Assembly: GCA_010015805.1 (NCBI GenBank)
Contig: ML978123.1
Location: forward strand, 2,914,001 to 2,978,000
From: Rhizodiscina lignyota
Lineage: Eukaryota
DNA length: 64,000 nt
Direction of reading: 5' to 3'
Part shown: in pieces, positions 23,752 through 36,387 of the stretch
Layout: each line of letters opens with the position of its first letter
Position numbering within the stretch: the stretch's first letter is position 1
Notes under the pieces: generated by a model
Database searches by the model: none
What the model saw: only the letters and a program-made list of their open reading frames with translations
What the model was told of the DNA's origin: nothing
Translations under genes and position numbers: made by a program

Positions 23752-25054
23752 TTAGCTTACTCTGCAAATCAGCTTCCCCATCGTCTTGTTTTCAGCCATG
23801 ATGCGATGCGCGTCCTGAATCTCCTCCCACGGGAATACTTTTTCAATGTGGATCTTGAACTGCCCGCTCACGAACTTCGGCAGCGCATGCTCAACTAGCA
23901 TGTCTCTTAGTCTACCCTGGTAGTTCTCGTCTCTGCTTCGCAGACTGCTGCCCTCCAGCCTCAATCTCTTCCTTACAAAGTTCGAGAAGTTCGCACCAGC
24001 TGGGACGATCGCCGGGCCCAGAATGCCGAGGTTCACGATCCGCCCATCTCGTGCTGCGGCGTTGAGGTTTTGGGCAAAGTAGCCAGCGCCGACGAAGTCT
24101 ATGATAATATCCACTCCCTTACCGTCAGTTGCCTTGAGGATTTCCTCGTCCCACTTCGTCGTCGTGGCGTTGAATGCGGCTGTCGCACCCAGCTCCTTAA
24201 CCACGAATTCGCACTTTGAGTCTTGCCTGGTGGTCGCGAAGACCTTAGACGCACCATCGCCAACGCTAAGCTGGATGCCCGAAATGCTCACCGAGGAGGC
24301 ACCGGCGTGCCAGAGCACGGTTTTACCGGGCGTGTACTCGCCAATGAGATAAAGCGCTTGAGTTGCCGTTATCCAGGTCTATTACAGTCACCCTTATAAG
24401 TTTCGTGCATTCTCATGAGCCAGGCATAGATTGTGCCTACCTCCGGAATACCCGCACACTCCTCCCACGACAGCTCCTTCGGCTTATGCACCAGCATATG
24501 CGTCGACACCGCAATGTACTCCGCATACGCACCTCCATACGCCAGCCCAAACACCTCGTCCCCGATGTTGAAGCCGCGCTCTGGCTCGTTCCCGAACGCC
24601 TCGATGACGCCGGAGAACTCAACGCCCAGCGTCTTGGGTGCTTGCGGCGGCACGGGGTACCCGCCCTCGCGCTGGGAGAGATCCATGCGGTTGAGACCGA
24701 AGTATTTTATCTTAACAAGGGCTTGGGTGGCAGTGGGCTTCGGCTTGGGGATCTCGTTGATGAAGAGGGCTTCGATGGGGCCGGCGCCATTTTTGATGTC
24801 TGGTGTGGAGAGTGAGAATTAGCATTGAGACGAACAGATAGTAAGTTCTTGAGAGTCTTTGAGTAATAGGAGATTTCTAAGAGTGGTTCACGCGAGCGAA
24901 AATTATTGAAAGCGATATCGGAACACGTACCTACTGCTCGCATGGTCTCCGCCATGCTGGGCGAAACTGTGAAGAAGGAAGGGCGAGAAGTAGAGAAATG
25001 GCGGGTGACAGACGAAAGACGCCTTGCGGAGCTCAGAGCGTACCTCAATGGCAT
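23752..25054 (-). CDS. NADPH:quinone oxidoreductase (PIG3/zeta-crystallin MDR family), 3 exons
   Basis: GLNRMDLSQREGGYPVPPQAPKTLGVEFSG, FGLAYGGAYAEY, VLWHAGASSV, AHRIMAENKTMGKLI; introns 24800-24930 and 24379-24440. Confidence 0.92.
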
Positions 25055-25996
25055 TTATGAAGCTCGGCCGCTCCAGCTCTGCAGCTCTACATTATGGTGT
25101 CTCGCGCGGGTTTAAGCTAAGAGTTACATGTGATGTGTAAGCTACGCGCGATAGCGGGGCATAACATGAGACGAAGTCGTTCCTCAACGTGGGGCCTTCG
25201 GACCTCTAACTACACTAGAGAGTTTTAAAGGGAGGCTTATTAACTGATTATCTATTCCTTTCAAAGGGCCCGAGCTCTCCTATTGGTTACAGCATCGCGA
25301 GTAACGCATCTCTATTGGCTGACGCGGAAGCGAGGCCTTCTTCAGAACGGCCTTTGCAATCGACGCCATCTCTCATTATTGCATGAAAGCATATCTAACC
25401 CCAAAGGTCTAGCAATTCGCTATCTGCATGGAACGGATTGGCCATGCAAGTGAAAAAAGGTTTGTAGCAGACCGAAAAGGTGAGCAATCCCTGCAAAGAT
25501 GACCATGAAATGCAGCATCTAATGCTGCTGCAGCGAGGTTGAATATCGCCATCAACGCCATTCAATCCAGACTCATCCGCATTCTTCTGGACCTCCCATC
25601 CTGTCACGATCCTGGGCACAACTCACCGATGCTGTGGCTTGGAGCAACATTGAACAAGACCCCAAATTTGATCGTACGACATCGGGTTGCATAGATACAA
25701 CAGAGCGCGTATGTACTCGAAGTTACGACATGCAGATGAGAATGAATGGCTCCTGAGCGTTGCTGATTCTCATATCAGGACATTTCAGACCCCCCTGAAT
25801 TTCGACGGCTCTATCGTACCCCGTCCAATGAAGACTTCGGGCGTCACGCAGGGGAGTTCAGCTGCTTCAGTCTTGCTCGATTCGAAGTTATGAAGCAGCA
25901 GCAGCCTCCGTATTGCAGGCGTTTCTTAAATCTACAGATCAGAGTTCGTTTCCTTCTTCATTCCTTTCTGTTGAAGCTTTCGCTCTTAGAGAAAAT

Positions 25997-26368
25997 ATGG
26001 AGGATGAGGTGCCTTTGCGCGATTTACATCCGATGAAGGCACGCTTTCAGAGCCACTCACTCAGTTTGCCCCTAAGCAGTAATCGATCGCGGATGCACCG
26101 GGCAGTGGCAGGGAGCGTCTGGCCCTCTCTTTTCGCAGTCCTGGGACTTCTCATCACCGCCACTTTCAGCATGCTTCTTTTAGCAACCAGCGCGAGGAGA
26201 TGGACGTTCTCGCCTTCGGCTTACTGGTGGATCTCGGGCAACCGCGCCACAATTCACTTGGTTTTACAGCTTCTCTCTAATGCTTTAGCTCTCATCTATG
26301 TCACTATCGTCTGTGGCTTGATCAGGTCTATTGTATACCACAGACGGCGCGTAGTTCGGGTGTTGTAA
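25997..26368 (+). pseudogene. Short or truncated membrane-protein ORF (2 TM segments)
   Basis: 123-aa ATG ORF with hydrophobic segments and NRATIHLVLQLLSNAL; ends 35 bp from the convergent ADH stop codon. Confidence 0.4.
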
Positions 26369-26403
26369 GTACGAGAGCCGCGAGAGCTAGTCTCCACACT
26401 TTC

Positions 26404-27530
26404 CTATTCTGCTATCTTAATCACAAATCGAAATCTCACATCAGCGACCCTCAGCCTCTCAAGCGCCTGGTTAATATCTTTCTTGTCAATGACCTCTACC
26501 AGTGGTGAAATTGAGTGCTTCTGGCAGAAGTCAAGGACTTCCTTTGTCTCTGCGACACTACCGATCATGGAGCCGGTCAAACTTAGCCCTCGAGCAGCCA
26601 AATCGATATTATTGAGAATGGATTTGTATGGCCCTAATAGGCCCATTACCGTGATCGTACCTCTTCGCCGCAGTAGTGCAAGGTAATGTGCTAGATCAAA
26701 CGGCACCGGAATCGTGGATAGGATGTGATGGAAGGATTTTGCGAACGAGCGCATCTGATCCGCATCAGTCGAGACTATGAATTCGTCGGCGCCTAGTTGA
26801 AATGCAGCATCTCGCTTCGCTGCGTGTGTCGAGACGACTGCGACGTATTCCGCACCCATGGCTTTTGCAAATTGGAGTGCCATATGTCCTTACGGTCTCA
26901 TCAGCGATTCGAAAGTCCCTGAGGGAAGCATCGAAATATCAACATACCAGGACCGCCGAGCCCCAGGATTGCAATCCTCTTGCCAGAAAGATCACCAAAC
27001 CTTCTCATGGGCCCAAAGGTGTCAGTTCCTGGGCACATCAACGGCGCGGCCTCCTCTAAAGGCATGTTCTCAGGTATCTTCACCACGAACTCTTCTCTCA
27101 CGACAAGGTTGTCCGACCACGCTCCAAATGTGTTGTATTCAGCGGCCTCCTTGTCCCCAGGTGAAAGATATCCACTGTACGTCATTGTTGGCCCATTCGG
27201 GCCCTCGCAATGGTTCTCCCAGCCTTCCTTGCAAGCCTGACACTGGAGACAGGAATCAATCATGCAGCCCACTCCAACAATATCACCAACAGCAAATTTC
27301 GTGACTTCCGGACCAATGGAAGTAACACGACCGGCAGCTTCGTGGCCTGGGACACATGGATACTTGGTAATGCCCCAATTGTTCTCCAGGAGCTCTAGAT
27401 CCGAGTGGCAAATTCCGCAATACAAAACTTGGATAAGCATCTCATTGCCCTTGGGAGGATCTCTCTCGAAGGTGAAAGGCGAGACAGTGTGTTCACCTTT
27501 CTGTGCTGCATACCCGTTTGTCGTGATCAT
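26404..27530 (-). CDS. Zn-dependent NAD(P) alcohol dehydrogenase (cinnamyl-ADH/AdhC-like), 2 exons
   Basis: YCGICHSDL, VPGHE, structural Zn motif CxxCxxC...C, GLGGPGHMA across intron 26889-26947, C-terminal DVRFRFVI. Confidence 0.9.
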
Positions 27531-29571
27531 TGTGGCCGGCAGTGTATGGTTGAGGTTCTGCGATTGACGGAGTTTCGGGAGCACTGCACTGAAGTATGTG
27601 AATATTTTTGACCAGAAGTCCTCCTACTTGTCCAGAATTTCGTGCAGAGCAAGGTAATCAATATACAGCAAAGTGGATGTTGAGAATAGCGGATTTGCAA
27701 AGCAGGACACGTTCATCAATTTATATGGTCAACAAGCAGCTTTTTGGAAGCTCAACACTTCACTTCCTCCAAGTCCCGACATGCCTTACAAACGAATCTG
27801 CGGGAATTGAGGTAGAATTGACGATTGATTAATTGACTAATCAAGGGGTATATACGGTGCCTTGCCAATGGTAGATGGCGAGAAAGCCATATGAATCTCA
27901 GATGTCTGGGGAATTCATCTGTATGTCGATGACCAAGCATATCGGCCGAATGCACAACTTCATCCTTTGAATACCTGCCCAATCACGTACTGTTCAGTCA
28001 ATTAGTCAGCTCGTACAGTCCGCAACTCGTACCAATACTCGAACCGATGTGCGGCTCGAACCGATCCATGATGCAGTGATTCGCACATGGATCATACGTT
28101 GCTAAAGCTTGATTAGAATTCATGCTCGATAATACAGCACTCGATCGGGGCATGTTATGTCAACTCCTCGTGACTACGAGCATTGAGTACGCCGATATTC
28201 GATGAGAATATCTCATAGCGCCAATAAAGACCGACTCAAATGGATTCCGTAAACCAACGAAACATGACCAGGCGCAGCATGCCGAACCACCTTCTTGGCT
28301 CTCGTTGCCCCTTCTTGCCCCACCGAGGTAACACATCTCTACCTTCATACACCACATCTCAGTCCTATTCGACATCGATCATAGCCCTCGCCCCACCTTA
28401 CGAGGACATAGATGCTGACCTCAGAGAAATGGATCGAAAACCAGCAGTGCCAACAGCTATTAGCTAGTTTGCACTCGTAGATGTTGTTCATGTTCCATCC
28501 CCTTAGTTATCGAAAAAGAACCAGTAAGATTTAAGTCAAGGCCCCGATGCTATGAAATTGTTGACTGTGAGGAAAGGGGAAGAAAGAAAGAGATCCGGAG
28601 AATCCTTCCAGGGTGAAAAAGAAAGGGTGTGGAAGAAATTTGCATGAAAGGAGAGTTCTGTTGCGCATCCCACGCCTGATTGGACACAGCTGATACTAGA
28701 TCTAAAGAGAATGTCGATTACCTCTTCTCCGCGGGAATGAGAAAGGCATCGGTTTACTGTCGCAATGCACAAGGGCTTCTGTGGCCCAGTGAATTCGCCC
28801 TTCGATGACTCGAGGTCACATCAAGGTCTCGATCTCTTGAGAGCAAAGTTGCAGAGGTTGAGGCGGTGTCCCGAATGCTACGCTCACCGAGTGGCAGACG
28901 CCATCCGTATAGCTTGAGCGATTTCTCGAGATGGCCAGCTGGACGTGGGCAGGTGTTCAGCTTTGTCGTTCAGCCTGGACTTGCTGCATACGGGCAAGTC
29001 TTGGCGACGATAAATTTAGACTTTTTCGCCGGCCCGATTCTCGCCGTACGCAGTGCAACGACCTCCAGACGGCCGGTTCCAAACTTCGCCTCCACGCCTC
29101 CCGACCTTCTCCATCCCCGGTCTAAAAGGGTAGTAATGATACCTTAACTAGCCATTGCGACAACGTGACCAACCCAATACTCTGTCTCGACACCGCCCAG
29201 CCACTTCGGAAAGTTCCATTCAGCTCAATGAGCTATCGTGAGCTATCGTGATTTTGTTACTATTCTTTTGAGCCACGAGTGGCCATGGCGCTACTATTGA
29301 TGTTGTAGAGGCTGAGCACACTGGACGAGCTGAGCGACAGTGACATCGCTTTGCAAGCGCACCCTTCTACGGTAATTACTGAACTTCATGGTGTCTTTTG
29401 AAAACAACCGGTACGTATATAAGTCTACAAGATCTTTCTCTCATCCCATTCTCCATCAACATCTCAATCATCATAGTCCAGCAAAAGCAGACAAGCAATT
29501 CTCCTTCAAGTCAATCGTTATATTCCACTTTAATATCTTAATAACTTTCATCACTACCAACAACCATCAAA

Positions 29572-29997
29572 ATGCGTTTCTCCGCCATCACCGCCGCCGC
29601 TCTCTTCGGCGCCTCCGCCCTCGCGGCTCCAGCACCCAACGCGGCCATCCAAAAGGAAATTCAAACCCTCGAAATCACCATTGTCAACGTCCTCAATGAT
29701 ATCGTGCAACTCAACAAGGCCGGCCTGCACAAGGACTACTCCACCGGTACGAGCGAGTTCGGTCAGATCATCTCCCAAGTCAGCGGACCCCAGCCGTGCT
29801 CGCCGTTCGTCCCCGGCAAGCCGACCACTGCCGCAGGCGCAGTGTCCTACCTCCAGAAGGCACAGTCTGGTCTGCAGGAGCTGAGCTTGGATCTGATGGA
29901 TCCATCGAAGAGCGCAAAGAAGGGCGATTTCCACGCTGATGTCTGCGGCGCTTGGGGTTTCTACGCGGGCGTTCAGACCTTTGTGAACAAGCAGTAA
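29572..29997 (+). CDS. Small secreted protein, 141 aa, 2 Cys
   Basis: Signal peptide MRFSAITAAALFGASALAAP, TATATAA near 29417, CAAAATG start context, strong C-ending codon bias, intronless. Confidence 0.88.
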   Translation: MRFSAITAAALFGASALAAPAPNAAIQKEIQTLEITIVNVLNDIVQLNKAGLHKDYSTGTSEFGQIISQVSGPQPCSPFVPGKPTTAAGAVSYLQKAQSGLQELSLDLMDPSKSAKKGDFHADVCGAWGFYAGVQTFVNKQ

Positions 29998-30323
29998 ACG
30001 GAAGATACAGGAGTGAAAGGATTTGAAATAGGTGCATAGCGTGGTGTTTTGGTTTTCGATCATGGACTCTCCTTCATGCATGGCTTCGGTGTATCTCTAT
30101 GCGGGATTGCTTTCCTAACTGTAGTCAATCCTTCACTGTAATATACTTAGGACTCTCACAAGAGGGCGATAAAAATTCAGACATTGAGAACACCTTCCAG
30201 GTTACGAGAATTGCTTTATTCTTCGATTCAAGGATAATTCAAAGGTGCAAGAGTCATAGGAAAGACCCTATTCTCTCAATACGATCTCGTGTGCCCCCTT
30301 CGGTACATCCCAACCTCTCTTCC

Positions 30324-31136
30324 TCATCGGGCCTGCGTCCCATTCCCAGCACTCCACGGCCCCTCCGCACTCGCTAGACTACTCATAGCGCTCAAGCTCC
30401 TGATCCACGAGCTTCTGGAGATAATATTGCGGTCGTACAGGTAGCTCGCATAGGTCTGGTAATGAATATCCAAATCAGCCGCCGAACCACGGACCACCAA
30501 AGGAACCCGGCACCTACATGGTACTGATCGCTCACCGCCGCGATGCCCTGCACAATCGGCGGGTTGAGGTCCGACGAGTGCGCCAGCTTCGACAGGCTGG
30601 TTAGTGCTTGAGAGAGGGAGAAGAAGGTGTTGGAGAACTGTTACAATCATTAGCAAGGGGGTTTGACGGGGTTGGGTGTCGCGGGTTGGAGGGAGCGAGA
30701 CTCACGTCGAGATATGGTCCGTCCAGAGGAAGCGTCTGCCCGTTGATCCAAGATGTCTACGATATCCGTCAAGCAAGGCGCTTCCAGGAGCCAGGAGCCC
30801 AAAAACGCTGCGCAAAACATACTTGGTCTGTCTGTACATTCTGCTGCGCCGTGCCCAGTTGTGCGGTCAGGTCTCCGAGCATGGACTGTGCTGTCTGCGA
30901 TACTGTCAGCCGTTGCGCTCTCTCATCCACTTGCTTACGCGGTAAGAGAATGTGCCAACCGTGAAAGGCGCACTGCCAGCAGCCGTGGAGTTCGACAGTG
31001 CAGTGATGTTGCCAGCTTTATTTGTGATCGAGTCGCGCAGCATAGCGAGGTCTCCGACGCCGTCGGCGGCGACGAGGAGGAGCAGAAGAAGGGTGATGGA
31101 AGCAAGGATATGGATCCAGGATGTGCAAAGACGCAT
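30324..31136 (-). CDS. Small secreted helical protein, 190 aa, 5 exons
   Basis: Exons 31136-30939, 30894-30823, 30756-30706, 30637-30518 and 30455-30324; all four GT-AG introns are phase 0 and the spliced frame is open; hydrophobic signal peptide. Confidence 0.82.
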
Positions 31137-31593
31137 TTTGGTGATGCTGGAGATGATATCGTCCTGCTGGCTCTAAGAGGGATGAAGTGGGAGATAAAGA
31201 TGAGGGAAATCTGCAAATGTTTGGAGTAAAGTGAGGATGATCCACAAATCCGTCGAACTAGAGAGAGGAAAATGAATGTCGCCGTCTCCTTGACTTATAG
31301 TGGCAATAGCGATACAGGTAAATATACGAGAAACTGAGGAAGGTCAAGAATCGCAGGGTGAAGAGGGAAAGTGGGCCCCAGTATACGCTGAAATGGAGAA
31401 TCGCCCTTTCCTCACGTCGTTAATCTGGCCAGAGTTTGATTATAATTGACACAAAGACAGCCATTGAAAGTTCAAGTGAAAATTCTTGCATAGCGCAATC
31501 GGGTTTCGGCGCAGCTAAGTAAAGGTATTGAGAAAAGCGAACAGACGCTGCAGACTCTTACAGAGCAAAGAAAAGGCGACATGTGCGTGCGCG

Positions 31594-31608
31594 CTCTCTC
31601 TCTCTCTC
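31594..31608. repeat. (CT)n microsatellite
   Basis: ctctctctctctctc run, downstream of the MIT-domain gene's stop codon. Confidence 0.7.
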
Positions 31609-31868
31609 ACTCACAAGAGGGGGTGTGTATGACAAGCTAGTCCGACAGACAGACAGACGGTATCAGAACAACAGCAACAGAAACATCAAAATGTAAGAAG
31701 GTGTAAAAAACGCCGGGTGCAAATGCTCATCAAGCCAAAAAAGAAAAGGCTCCCCCCCTTTTGTGGTATCCTCCAAGCCAAAGCCAAAATGCTTAACCCT
31801 ATCCCGCCCATTATTGCGCCGTCCCCGCTTTCTCGAAATCGCTATAATCTTTCGAATGGGAAAGGGCG

Positions 31869-34800
31869 CTACACAAGCACCCACTCGCTACTCCTCTTCA
31901 GAAACTTGTCCAGCATGATCCCCACATCTGCCAGGATGAACCGGCAGATGTAGAACCCGAAGAACTCGCTGGCGTGCCGCGTACACAGCTCCAGGCCCAC
32001 GTGCGTCGAGCTGGAGAACTTGAGCCCTGGGTCCTCGACCTGGCGTGCGATTTGATCTGTATCTTAGTTAGTACCTGTTGTACTTCCTCTTGAAGATGAT
32101 AGGGGAGAGAGAAGCGTACCAACAACCTGCACCGCATCACACAACCTCGCCAAACACGCCATATAATGGCTTAAACCCCCTCCAACGCTCGCCCAGTCCA
32201 CCTTCTCCACCTCTCTCTTCGCGAATCTAATATTGGGCAAACTCGTCATCGGCACTGTCGCCATGGTCGGCGCGTTCTTGCCTTCCTCCACTGCCATCCC
32301 GCCGCCACCATTGCTATCCTTCTTGCTCAAGCCCAATCCACTCGTTGTCAGATTCGTCAACCCAGTCCCCGAGTTCTTACTCCTCAGTCTCCGCCAGGAG
32401 GCGAGATAACTCTTGCTCTTATCCCCACCACTCGTTCTCGTCCCCGTGGTATCATTCGAGCCAGTATTGCTCTCCCCACTCTGCACCGGGGCATCTTTAA
32501 ACAGCGCCCCAACGCCATTGACGCCCACATCACTCCCCAACTTCTTACTCAAACTCGCCTGCACCTGGTCCAGGACGACCTCGAGGCCCTGCATCTCCTC
32601 CAGCACCGCATCCGCGTCAATCATGTCCACGCGCGCCAGCTTGCCCAATGCTGCAGTCAAGAGGTCGCAGTTCGCAATCTTCTCATCCACAGCCTTGAGC
32701 TTCACGCCTTTCACTTTCCACACCTCCCTCGGCACGAACAGCTTCGTAGACAAGTATCCACCGCGTGGATGTGCCATCGTCTGGTACAAACAACGCATCA
32801 GCCAAAACGGCCTTAGCAGGTGACTGCACGGACACGGCTCGAGCGGCGCAGGCGGATGGAACGCCAGCATGTTCGGACTCCCAGGTTGACCTGGACTGTG
32901 AATATCGCTTTCGAAGAGGTGCATCCCGCCGCTCGGCAGGCCAGCCTCTTGCGCAAAAGGCATCGGCACGGATGGCACGGCGGTCGTTTGCGAAGCGGCG
33001 CTGGAGGCGACGAGCGTGGAGCCTTTAACCTTAGCGCTAAAACTGCTGAAAGTGGTGCTCATGGGTGTGTTGATAGAGCCTTGGTCGCTGACATCAGGAC
33101 TAGAGACGGAGAGCTGTCGGTTGTTCTTGAGGGATAGGGAAGACTTGTTCTTGCGCAGCTCGATGCGCTGCGGCTTACCAGGTATGCCACCGGGGGAAGG
33201 TGGGGGCAGGCTGTCATGCGAAACGACCTTTGTTAGGCCTGGTGTTGCGGGGCTGACTGTTATGGTGGTTTCTGAGGGGCTATTCGCGAACGGTAGTTGT
33301 GGTTCTGGGAGGGGTTTGTTTGGTGGCTGCAGCTGCATTTTCGAGGTGGGATCGCTGGGCTGATACACGCCTGCTGCCATTGCAGCAGCCATGCCTGGAC
33401 TCTTTGGCGGAACTGTTGGCGGGGTCCCTGAACTTCCAGAGGGCGGAGGCGGATCCGGTTGCTTCTTGTTCATGAGCGTGTATTTGTTCGGCACGCTCGT
33501 CTCGATCTTCAGCTGCTTCGCGTTCTGACCAGACATGCGCCTACTCCTCACACCAGCCTGTTGCTGCTGTGGCATCGTAGTCGCGGATGGCGCTGCTGGA
33601 GGTGATTTCGTCGACGGTCCACTTGATGTGGAGGGTCTGCTAGAACCCGTCGTAGTCGATCGCTCTCTCTGCTGTGGGCTCGCAGTCGTTGCCGCACCAC
33701 CGTTTGCCTCCGAAACCGGTGGCAAAGCAGTGATGATCTTGCCCGTAGCAACACTCGCATCCTCGCCCTCCGCAACAGTGCCCAACCCTGAAATCGCCGT
33801 CGCGGCCGTCGTACCAGTCGTGCGATTCGAGCTCCTCGAGCTATTCCACGTATTCCCACTGCCACTAAACTCGCTCCCGTCACTCTGTCTCGGCAGAGCA
33901 CTCTTATTCTGCAGACCAAAGTCGAAGCCATCAAGCATATACTCCCTCGTCATCTCATCCAACAGCCTCTCCTCCTCTTCCGCGTCGTCGTCATCACCAT
34001 ATGGTGAGTCCTCTCTGAAGCCATCGCGCACGAGTGGGAGCTCGAGAGTGTTCTGTCCTTCGCTAGTTCGCAATTGTCTCTCCTTCTCCCGTAACCGCGC
34101 TGCCTGGACAGCTTCCTCGCGCTCCGCCTCGCGTACTCTTTCTTTCGCGAGTTCGACGTTTCGCAGCGCTGTTCTGACTGAGTCACTGGGCATCAGCACT
34201 TGTCCATCCTCATCATATGGCTCCAGCCCTTCATTATAGGCTGCCTCCACTGCGGCATCAAGCGCAGCGTCGAACTCGGCCTGCGTACTTTGGCTGTCTG
34301 GTCGCTGCTGCATCACCTTGCGCCGCACAGCGCCTTGTGAACTAACAGAGTGGACCGAAGAGCGACAGGAGGAGCTGCCAGACTCGTCGATAGTGTCGAG
34401 CCATGACATGGAGCCTCCGCTGCCTTCGCGAGAATGATGTTCTACGGACTTTTGCCTCGGCAGTTGCAGCAGTTGTGGCTGTAATGAAGAAGATTCTTCT
34501 GGCTCTGCCTGTTGCGGCGACGGCGGGTAGCGAGGTGATAGAGGCGGGGGCATGTATGTCTTGTCCATCGGCGCATCAAGGCTCAGGGTGCGCTCCTTCC
34601 TGGTTGGGCTCTGGATTGTGGACGTTGGTGATTGGAGGAGGAAGGAGGTTTCATTGTCGATAGGCAGAGCATTCTCGACCGCTCTGAATGCGGATGTTAA
34701 AGTCGAGTCTCTAGTGATCGTCGGTCTTACGGTTTCGGGGGTGGATGTGATCGGATTCGAAGGGGTTGGTGTCGTCATATTATTTACAGATCTATCGTTT

Positions 34801-36387
34801 GCTATTCGTGTCATCGTGGCCATTTCAATTACCGCTTCTTCCTCATCGTCGGTAGCGGGAGGTTCGTTGGAGAGCTGTGGTCTGTCCGTCTCGCTCGGTG
34901 GCCGCGCTGGCAGTGACTTGCCTGGCGCGGGTTGAGCGAGGCTGGGATTGAGATCTTGGAGTTCTGATATTCGATTCGTATATGTCTCGCGCTGTGCCGC
35001 AGCCACGATTAGCCGTCATGCTTCAATTAAGGTAAAGCCAAGACTCATCGTGTTGACATGGAACTTTTTGTGTCAGTGTGAAAATGGACAGTATACTCAC
35101 AATCGCATCCAACTTCCTCTTATCATCCTCCCCCGAGCTCTTCAGCATCACCTGCCGCAACAACTCGCACGCCTCGCCATACGCTTCCACCGCGCCCTCA
35201 AAGTTCTGCGCATTGTCCAGCAGAACCGCTGTATTGGCTTTCTGCAGCGCGCGACTCAACATTGCCTTCTTGTCGCGCTCTTTGTGCTCTCGCTTGCGCG
35301 GCGACACACCGCTCTCGCCCGGAGCACGGGTGCTACTCTCGCTTGCGCTACGTTCGCGATTCGATGAGCGAGAGCCGCTGCGTTGTCGCGAGGTGGCGGA
35401 GTGGTATGTCGAGGATCCAGGGGTAATGGCTGGTGAGGGGTTCGTGGAGTATTTGGAGGTCTCAGGGTCGAGGTTTTCTTTTCGACTATTACGGAAGTCG
35501 TCGGATGGATCTGGGAGGCCGGCGCGAGCTCTGGAAGAGACGTCTCGGCTGCTCTTCTTTTTCTTTGGCGATCGCGTAGATTTTACGCCTTTAGAATTGA
35601 AGTAATCCTGTGCGCCAGATTCTTGCGTCAATGGCGATGAGATGCCGGTTGATGGAGACGGTGTCCCAGTCGACGAGGAGAGAGGCTCGAAGGTGAGTTT
35701 TGGCAGAGATGGCAAGGTCGAGATTGGAGGTAATGTGGCCGTTGATCTGGAGACCCCTGATGGCGGAGGGGGAGAGTGGAATGACCGTCGTTTGGTTGGA
35801 CTCGAATCAGGACTTTTCTTCCTCACATTTGAGCTGTTTCGCTTCTGCAGTTTTCCGGACGAAGGAGAAGGGAGGCCGTTGGAGCCATTGATTGATGCCG
35901 TCGGGCCACTACCACCAAAACTTAAACGTCTCGTCCAACTGGTCCGTCTCTTCGTCTCCCTTTCCTCCCCGCCAGCTTTTGGCGAAGTGGTTGATTGCGA
36001 CCACCGATCCACGACACCTTCTGCGACACTCGAACGTCGCTTGGAGCCAGGGCTGGCAGTCGACGACTGTCCAATGCGTGTGTATTCCTCCGCAGCGTCT
36101 TCAGCAATATTTTTTCCCTCCTCTGGAGGCGGAGCTGTCGAAGGCCGTTGGGGTACCGGACCGGAAGAAGCCGTCAACAGAGGTGGTCTCTTGCCAGTAG
36201 GCGGTGTGAATCCGGGGGCGGCGGAGGAGGAGACGAGGAAGGAGGTGCCAGCGGAATTCAGCGAGCTGTTGGAGCGGGAGTGGGTATGGCGAGAGTAGTT
36301 GAAGGTCGAGGGAGTGGTGGAGAGGCCATTGTTGCTGGAGACCAAGGATTGCGGTGCGTGGTTCAGTTGCTGCAATCCGGAGTACAT
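31869..36387 (-). CDS. Large MIT-domain protein, 3 exons
   Basis: MIT helices KKAMLSRALQKANTAVLLDNAQNFEGAVEAY...KLDAI|RETYTNRI; conserved C-terminus RPFWLMRCLYQTMAHPRGGYLSTKLFVPR...EFFGFYICRF; introns 34992-35100 and 32057-32119. Confidence 0.88.

Noticed and set aside
25280..25445. Three ATTGG (CCAAT-box) words upstream of the quinone oxidoreductase
   Set aside because: Plausible but short and common; no independent support.
28240..29147. Small ORFs (75 and 93 aa) as possible downstream exons of the truncated TM gene, which would nest the ADH in an intron
   Set aside because: No convincing acceptor or branch site and no protein continuity found.
29231..29251. 10-bp tandem duplication AGCTATCGTG x2
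   Set aside because: Could be a transposon footprint or slippage, but it is too short to interpret.
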